Program-made: the position numbers and the translations under genes
Notes under the pieces: generated by a model
What the model was told of the DNA's origin: nothing
Seen by the model: only the letters and a program-made list of their open reading frames with translations
Databases searched by the model: none
Part shown: positions 26,899 through 32,016 of the stretch, piece by piece
Position numbering within the stretch: the first letter of the stretch is position 1
How the letters are laid out: each line of letters begins with the position of its first letter
Source: Labilibaculum sp.
Lineage (GTDB): Bacteria > Bacteroidota > Bacteroidia > Bacteroidales > Marinifilaceae
Direction: 5' to 3'
Length of the DNA: 32,016 nucleotides
NCBI GenBank assembly: GCA_016743925.1
Contig: JADGFH010000002.1
Location: 1-32,016 of the forward strand

Positions 26899-27774
26899 AT
26901 GCAAAATTACAAAACTAATTGTTTTAACAGCGATAATCTGTCCATTAAGTGCGGTGATAAATTAATTAATTTTCAAAAGCCTTTGGTTATGGGGATTTTG
27001 AATCTAACACCCGACTCATTTTACGATGGCGGATCTTATTTGGATAGCTTAACGATAGTAAAAAGAGCAAAGCAAATTCTTTTGGAAGGAGCTGATATTA
27101 TTGATTTGGGTGCTTATTCCACTCGTCCTGGTGCAGCGCAGGTTACACCAAAAGATGAATTACAAAGAATGATTCCAGCAGTTGAATGTATTCGTAAAGA
27201 GTTTCCTGAAGCAACATTATCCATTGATACATTTAGGGCAGAAATTGCAGATAAGGTTGTTAATCAATTTGGATCGTGCATTATTAATGATATTTCTGGC
27301 GGAACGATGGATGAGAAGATGTATGAAACAATAGGGGAACTTCAAGTTCCGTATATCATGATGCATATAAAAGGAACACCTCAAAACATGCAAATCAATC
27401 CAACATATGGAAAATTAATGGAAGAAATGATTGATTTTTTTAGAGTAAGGATTGAAGACTTGAATAAATATGGTGTAAAAGATGTAATTCTTGATCCTGG
27501 TTTTGGATTTGGAAAAACATTAGATCACAACTATGAAATATTGGGAAAGCTTATGGAATTTAAGAGCTTAGACTTGCCGTTATTAATAGGTCTATCTCGA
27601 AAATCAATGATTTATCGTCTTTTAGGTGGAGATCCTACTACAAGCTTGAATGGAACAACAGCCTTAAATATGATGGCTTTAGAAGGGGGAGCAAACATTT
27701 TACGAGTGCATGATGTAAAAGAAGCTGTTGAGTGTGTAAACTTACATACAAAGATCAAAGCATCATTAAAGTAA
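26899..27774 (+). CDS. folP: Dihydropteroate synthase
   Basis: MGILNLTPDSFYDGG, GAYSTRPG, SIDT, INDISGG, DPGFGFGK, GLSRKS, LRVHDV. Confidence 0.97.
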   Translation: MQNYKTNCFNSDNLSIKCGDKLINFQKPLVMGILNLTPDSFYDGGSYLDSLTIVKRAKQILLEGADIIDLGAYSTRPGAAQVTPKDELQRMIPAVECIRKEFPEATLSIDTFRAEIADKVVNQFGSCIINDISGGTMDEKMYETIGELQVPYIMMHIKGTPQNMQINPTYGKLMEEMIDFFRVRIEDLNKYGVKDVILDPGFGFGKTLDHNYEILGKLMEFKSLDLPLLIGLSRKSMIYRLLGGDPTTSLNGTTALNMMALEGGANILRVHDVKEAVECVNLHTKIKASLK

Positions 27775-27792
27775 AAATATCCAATAAAATCG

Positions 27793-27800
27793 TAATTTTG
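27793..27800 (+). promoter_or_regulatory. Candidate -7 promoter element for cdaA
   Basis: TAATTTTG(C) matches TAnnTTTG, 26 bp upstream of ATG 27827. Confidence 0.5.
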
Positions 27801-27826
27801 CTAAGAACTGAATTTAAAAGGAAAAA

Positions 27827-28618
27827 ATGACTACCGCATTTATTACTCTTGGACTATTTGATATACTAGATATTTTATTGGTTGGCTTTTTACTATATCA
27901 AGTTTATATGTTGATTAAAGGAACTGTAGCAATCAATATATTTGTTGGCTTGTCGCTATTTTATCTGATGTGGTTGTTAGTTCGAGCTCTTAATATGGAA
28001 CTGTTGAGTAGTATTTTAGGGCAGTTTATTGGTGTAGGGGTAATTGCACTGATTATCGTATTTCAACAGGAAATTAGACGTTTTTTATTATTGTTGGGTT
28101 CCAAATATAATGTGAGTCAAAAATTCACTTTAGATAATTGGTTTTCTTTTGATGATAGAGGAATTCGTGAGAAAGAAATTAAATCAATTACTAGTGCATG
28201 TGAACACATGTCGAAAACCAAGACTGGGGCTTTAATTGTTATCGCTAAATCTACCGATTTGCAAAGTTATGCTGAAACTGGGCAAATTATAAAAGCAAGA
28301 GTTTCTAAAAATCTACTGGAATCTGTATTCTTTAAAAATGCTCCTTTGCATGATGGAGCAGTAATATTAGCTAATAATCGTTTATTGGCGGCTCGTTGTA
28401 TTTTGCCTGTAACCGATAATACAAATATTCCAGGTAGTTTGGGCTTAAGACATCGGGCGGCAATCGGAATGACTCAAGCCACCGACTCTCATGTAATAAC
28501 GGTATCTGAAGAGACAGGGAATATTTCTTATGTGATGGGTGGTAATATTAAAGTGAGAATTACAACAGCCGAATTGCGAACATTTTTAGAAGGAGATTTT
28601 TCAGGCTTTATTGTTTAA
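27827..28618 (+). CDS. cdaA: Diadenylate cyclase (CdaA/DacA, c-di-AMP synthesis)
   Basis: Three N-terminal TMs, VFQQEIRRFL, PLHDGA, LGLRHRAA, VSEETG DAC motifs. Confidence 0.94.
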   Translation: MTTAFITLGLFDILDILLVGFLLYQVYMLIKGTVAINIFVGLSLFYLMWLLVRALNMELLSSILGQFIGVGVIALIIVFQQEIRRFLLLLGSKYNVSQKFTLDNWFSFDDRGIREKEIKSITSACEHMSKTKTGALIVIAKSTDLQSYAETGQIIKARVSKNLLESVFFKNAPLHDGAVILANNRLLAARCILPVTDNTNIPGSLGLRHRAAIGMTQATDSHVITVSEETGNISYVMGGNIKVRITTAELRTFLEGDFSGFIV

Positions 28619-28629
28619 ATCTTGATCAT

Positions 28630-29508
28630 ATGAAAGTAGGAATAACTGGAAGTTCTGGATTAGTTGGTTCGCAGCTTAGTGAAAAACTATGGATGGAATT
28701 TCGTGCAGAAATTCTTAAGATCCCTCGCTCGTATTTGTATGGTGATGTTCAAAATCTGTCTAATTATATTGCTGATTGTGATATTGTTATTAATCTTGCA
28801 GGTGCATCTATTGTTTGTCGCTGGACATCCAATAACATGAAAAAGCTTTACGATAGTCGAGTGCTTACAACACGAAATCTTACGAGTGCAATTGCTTTGA
28901 TGAATAAAAAGCCAAAATTAGTAATTTCAACTTCAGCCGTGGGTATATATGATTCCATACACACTCATGATGAATGGAGCACACAATATTCAATTAATTT
29001 TTTAGGCAATTTGTGTACAGATTGGGAGAAGCCTGTAACTAAAAAAATTGCTAAGAATGTAAGAACCATTATTTTTAGATTGGGGATAATTCTAAGTGAT
29101 CAAGGTGGAGTATTAGCTCGTACCTTACCATTATTTCGAATAGGACTTGGAGGCAAATTAGGTGATGGTCAACAAGCTTTTCCTTTTATTCATATTGATG
29201 ATTTGATAAATGCCTATGTATGTGCTATTTCAAATGCTAAAATGATAGGTGTTTATAACCTGGTTGCTCCCCAAATAATTTCTAATTTAGATTACACGAA
29301 AGAACTTAGCTGTTTTGTAAACAGACCAGCAATCTTTAGAGTTCCATCATTTGTTCTTAGGCTTTTACTTAAAAATGGGGCAAATGTATTACTTTCTGGG
29401 CAAAAAGTTTTACCTAAACGTCTTTTAGATAGCGGATTTCACTTCGAATACCCAAGGTTATCTCAAGCGATTTGTTCCGTAGGAATCAAGTCATTCAGAA
29501 AGTCTTAA
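28630..29508 (+). CDS. TIGR01777-family NAD-dependent epimerase/oxidoreductase (YfcH-like)
   Basis: ITGSSGLVG, INLAGA, RWT, SAVGIY, GLGGKLGDGQQAFPFIHIDD, GQKVLPKRL..GFHFEYP. Confidence 0.9.
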   Translation: MKVGITGSSGLVGSQLSEKLWMEFRAEILKIPRSYLYGDVQNLSNYIADCDIVINLAGASIVCRWTSNNMKKLYDSRVLTTRNLTSAIALMNKKPKLVISTSAVGIYDSIHTHDEWSTQYSINFLGNLCTDWEKPVTKKIAKNVRTIIFRLGIILSDQGGVLARTLPLFRIGLGGKLGDGQQAFPFIHIDDLINAYVCAISNAKMIGVYNLVAPQIISNLDYTKELSCFVNRPAIFRVPSFVLRLLLKNGANVLLSGQKVLPKRLLDSGFHFEYPRLSQAICSVGIKSFRKS

Positions 29509-29641
29509 TACCCGTTTTCGTATAGTTGATCGTTAAGATCTGTATTTTTAACTAGTTTATATAGCCTTTAATCATAAAGAGGTTGATTTTTAAATGCTTT
29601 AGTTTTAATTTTGATTAAACAAGCTTAGTGAGATAACGTGG

Positions 29642-29666
29642 GATGCCCTGTAAGGGTATTTTTTTT
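29642..29666 (+). terminator. Terminator-like hairpin upstream of the kinase gene
   Basis: GATGCCC-TGTAA-GGGTATT followed by a T run; 133 bp after the epimerase stop and 34 bp before ATG 29701. Confidence 0.55.
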
Positions 29667-29700
29667 CTGTTTTACCTCATGCAACTCAACCTTTTAGCCT

Positions 29701-32016
29701 ATGGAATTGGATTTTACTCCTCAATTGTTAATAGTTGATGATCGTCTGGAAAACCTTGAACTACTTAGAGCTTTACTTGGTAAGCTAGAGGTTGGTATGG
29801 AGTTAATTCAGTCTCCGATTAAAGCTTTACAGGACATTGAAAAAAAAGAATATGCTCTTATTATTCTTGATGTTCAAATGCCACAAATGGATGGTTTTTT
29901 ATTAGCTCAGAAGATTAGAAGTGGTATTGTAAACAAATCAACTCCAATCATTTTTCTGACGGCGATATTTCTCGATAAACAAAGTGAATCAAAAGGTTAT
30001 AAGTGTGGTGGAGTTGATTTTATCATGAAGCCTTTTGATACAGCAATATTATTAAATAAGGTTAATATTTTTCTTGACTTATACACAAATAGACGCTTGT
30101 TAGAATCGCAAAATGAGAAATTAACAATTGCTCTAAATGAAAAAAATCTATTAGAGAGTCGATTACGCAATTTGGCATCTGATTATCGTTCTATTTTAGA
30201 GGGGCAATCTGAGTTGATCCTAAAAATGGATAGCCAGAAAAGGATTGGGTTCGCCAATAAGGCTTTTACTGATTTCTTTGATTACACAATTGATGGTATT
30301 ATAAAGGATCCGTTGTCAAAAATCAGTATTGTACTGCAAGCACAAATAAGTAAAGGAATTGAGGGACTGAATGGTAAGAATAGAGTGATTATTTTTGAAG
30401 AATCAATTATAAACTCAGAGGGGAATAATGTGTGTCTTGAATGGACTATTTACAAGGAGGTTGATTTTGATGATACTTGTTTTCTTGCCATAGGTCGTGA
30501 TGTTTCTGACCGGAAAAAAATTACAGAATCCTTAATGAAGAAGGAAAATGTGTTACGAAAAATTCAAAAAAAGACTAGAATTGGAAGTTTTGAATGGGAT
30601 TCTTATTCAAAAATAATTCGTGGTTCAGATGAATTTTTACGTCTTTATGAGTTATCTCTCGATGTGGAGCAAAGTTTATTCGATCAGATTAAATCAAATA
30701 CTCATATTGAGGACCGGGATGCAATTGAACGAATGCTATTGAATTTTCCTCAAAAAAATCAGAAAATAGAATTTGAACATCGATATAATTACAAGGATGG
30801 AACGATAAAGGATTTTAAAATTGAGATTTACAGTGAATACAATGAAACTGAAGATATTTTATATTTGTTTGGCTTGGTTTGTGATCTTTCTCAAGAAAAG
30901 GCGTTGGAAATGACTTTTAAAGAAAGTTTAAGCTTGGAGAATGAAGCCTATATTGATAAAGCTATTTTTGAGTTAGATGAACACAATCATTTTAGTTATG
31001 TGAATGATTTTGCTTGTAATTTTTTAGAATGCTCTGATTTAAAAAAATCTAATGGTGTTGAATTCATACAATTCTTCGAAGATGATTCTAAAATTAAAAA
31101 AGTACTGGAAGTATCTCATTCCAAAAAAGGATTTGTATTTGAGGTGTTGTCTGTAGTTACGAGAAAAAATAAGAAAAAACGCATTGTTTTGGCCGCGCAT
31201 CCTATTGTTGGAGATAATAAAAAGGGCGTTCGAGGTATGATGTTGGAAATCGCGAGTAATAACGAAACTGGCGAGAATACGGCGGAATATAAAAACATCA
31301 TAACTGGCTTAAAGAGGCAGGAAAAAGAATTTGAACAAAGTACAATAAAGCTCAAAGAAAAAGTCGATAAGGAGTTGAGAATTAATGATTTTCATCGTCA
31401 GTTATTGCTGAAAAAATCTGAATTGGAATCTCTTGGTAAGATGGCTAGTTCAATGGTTAATGAAATAAATCAACCTTTAACTGGCATTTCGATGGTTATG
31501 GATAACCTATTGCTGCGTTTGTCAATGAATAAAATTGATGAAGATTACATTCGAGAAAAATGTGCTCAGGTTTTCGTTGATATTGATCGAATTAAAAAAT
31601 ATTTATCGCAGATAGGTATTTATAATTCTTCGCAAAAGGAAAGTACAAAAGAATTAGTTGATATAAATAATATTATTAAACTCTCTGTAGATTTGGCCCA
31701 GAAGCAATATAAGAATAGTAAAATAGATTGGACCTTTAAAGAATCTAAGGATGATCTTTATGTGATAGGAAATAAATATAAGTTACAGAAAGTTTTAGGT
31801 GATATTTTGAATAATGCCTATGAGTCAATTGAGCAGAAGTTTAAAGATCTAAATTCAGAAAATAAATACATTAGTATCTCAACCAAATTAGAAGAAGAAA
31901 AAGTTCTGATTACCATTAAAGATAATGGTTGTGGAATCGCTCCTGATAATTTGAACTATATTTTCGAACCCTTTTTTACAACAAAACAATCTGGTATAGG
32001 CTCGGGTCTAGGCTGT
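29701..32016 (+). CDS. REC-PAS(x3)-histidine-kinase-like protein, 3' truncated by window end
   Basis: Absent from the ORF track; manual translation gives 772 open codons: LIVDD..LDVQMP..FLTA..KP receiver; PAS/PAC motifs ANKAF..GRDVSDRK, IGSFEWD..THIEDR, YVNDFAC; H-box-like MVNEINQPL; DILNNA, DNGCGI, FEPFFTTK, GSGLG. Confidence 0.9.
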   Translation, partial: MELDFTPQLLIVDDRLENLELLRALLGKLEVGMELIQSPIKALQDIEKKEYALIILDVQMPQMDGFLLAQKIRSGIVNKSTPIIFLTAIFLDKQSESKGYKCGGVDFIMKPFDTAILLNKVNIFLDLYTNRRLLESQNEKLTIALNEKNLLESRLRNLASDYRSILEGQSELILKMDSQKRIGFANKAFTDFFDYTIDGIIKDPLSKISIVLQAQISKGIEGLNGKNRVIIFEESIINSEGNNVCLEWTIYKEVDFDDTCFLAIGRDVSDRKKITESLMKKENVLRKIQKKTRIGSFEWDSYSKIIRGSDEFLRLYELSLDVEQSLFDQIKSNTHIEDRDAIERMLLNFPQKNQKIEFEHRYNYKDGTIKDFKIEIYSEYNETEDILYLFGLVCDLSQEKALEMTFKESLSLENEAYIDKAIFELDEHNHFSYVNDFACNFLECSDLKKSNGVEFIQFFEDDSKIKKVLEVSHSKKGFVFEVLSVVTRKNKKKRIVLAAHPIVGDNKKGVRGMMLEIASNNETGENTAEYKNIITGLKRQEKEFEQSTIKLKEKVDKELRINDFHRQLLLKKSELESLGKMASSMVNEINQPLTGISMVMDNLLLRLSMNKIDEDYIREKCAQVFVDIDRIKKYLSQIGIYNSSQKESTKELVDINNIIKLSVDLAQKQYKNSKIDWTFKESKDDLYVIGNKYKLQKVLGDILNNAYESIEQKFKDLNSENKYISISTKLEEEKVLITIKDNGCGIAPDNLNYIFEPFFTTKQSGIGSGLGC

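Noticed and set aside
27827-28618. CdaA as the cognate cyclase of the HD-PycTM protein
   Set aside because: 22 kb apart, and cdaA sits in its own folP context; no sequence evidence of linkage
29615-29670. Riboswitch upstream of the kinase-like gene
   Set aside because: Too short and no known aptamer consensus recognised
33-31355. Short ORF-track entries overlapping larger genes (e.g. 33-281, 322-561, 859-1110, 12951-13361, 16444-16767, 25763-26134, 31116-31355)
   Set aside because: Antisense or alternate-frame shadows of well-supported CDSs, with no recognisable motifs

Overview
AT-rich chromosomal window from a Bacteroidota bacterium. Gene content, the tpiA/DUF1599/folP/cdaA synteny and TAnnTTTG-type promoter elements point to this phylum; Marinifilaceae-like is my impression only. 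Most of it is core genome: SPFH + Arc/RHH operon, a PPi-type pfk, DUF4159, rsmE, topB, sixA-ppk1, ywbE, a ~1490-aa secreted protein, prmA, tpiA, BT_3928/DoxX, DUF1599, folP, cdaA, a TIGR01777 epimerase and a truncated REC-PAS-histidine kinase missing from the ORF track. No rRNA, tRNA, CRISPR or transposase was recognised. Four things stand out. (1) A standalone 157-aa helical hypothetical gene (17231-17704) is followed, beyond its terminator, by an apparently non-coding array of ~14 degenerate 21-bp units with a quasi-palindromic core. (2) An Omp85-family outer-membrane protein carries a degenerate metallophosphoesterase and an apparent atypical kinase domain. (3) That gene sits in a module with a YjiK-like lipoprotein and a cyclase-less HD-PycTM(DUF5706) membrane protein, close to sixA-ppk1. 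(4) The terminal histidine kinase has its phospho-acceptor His replaced by Asn. All family calls come from motif recognition by eye; no searches were run.
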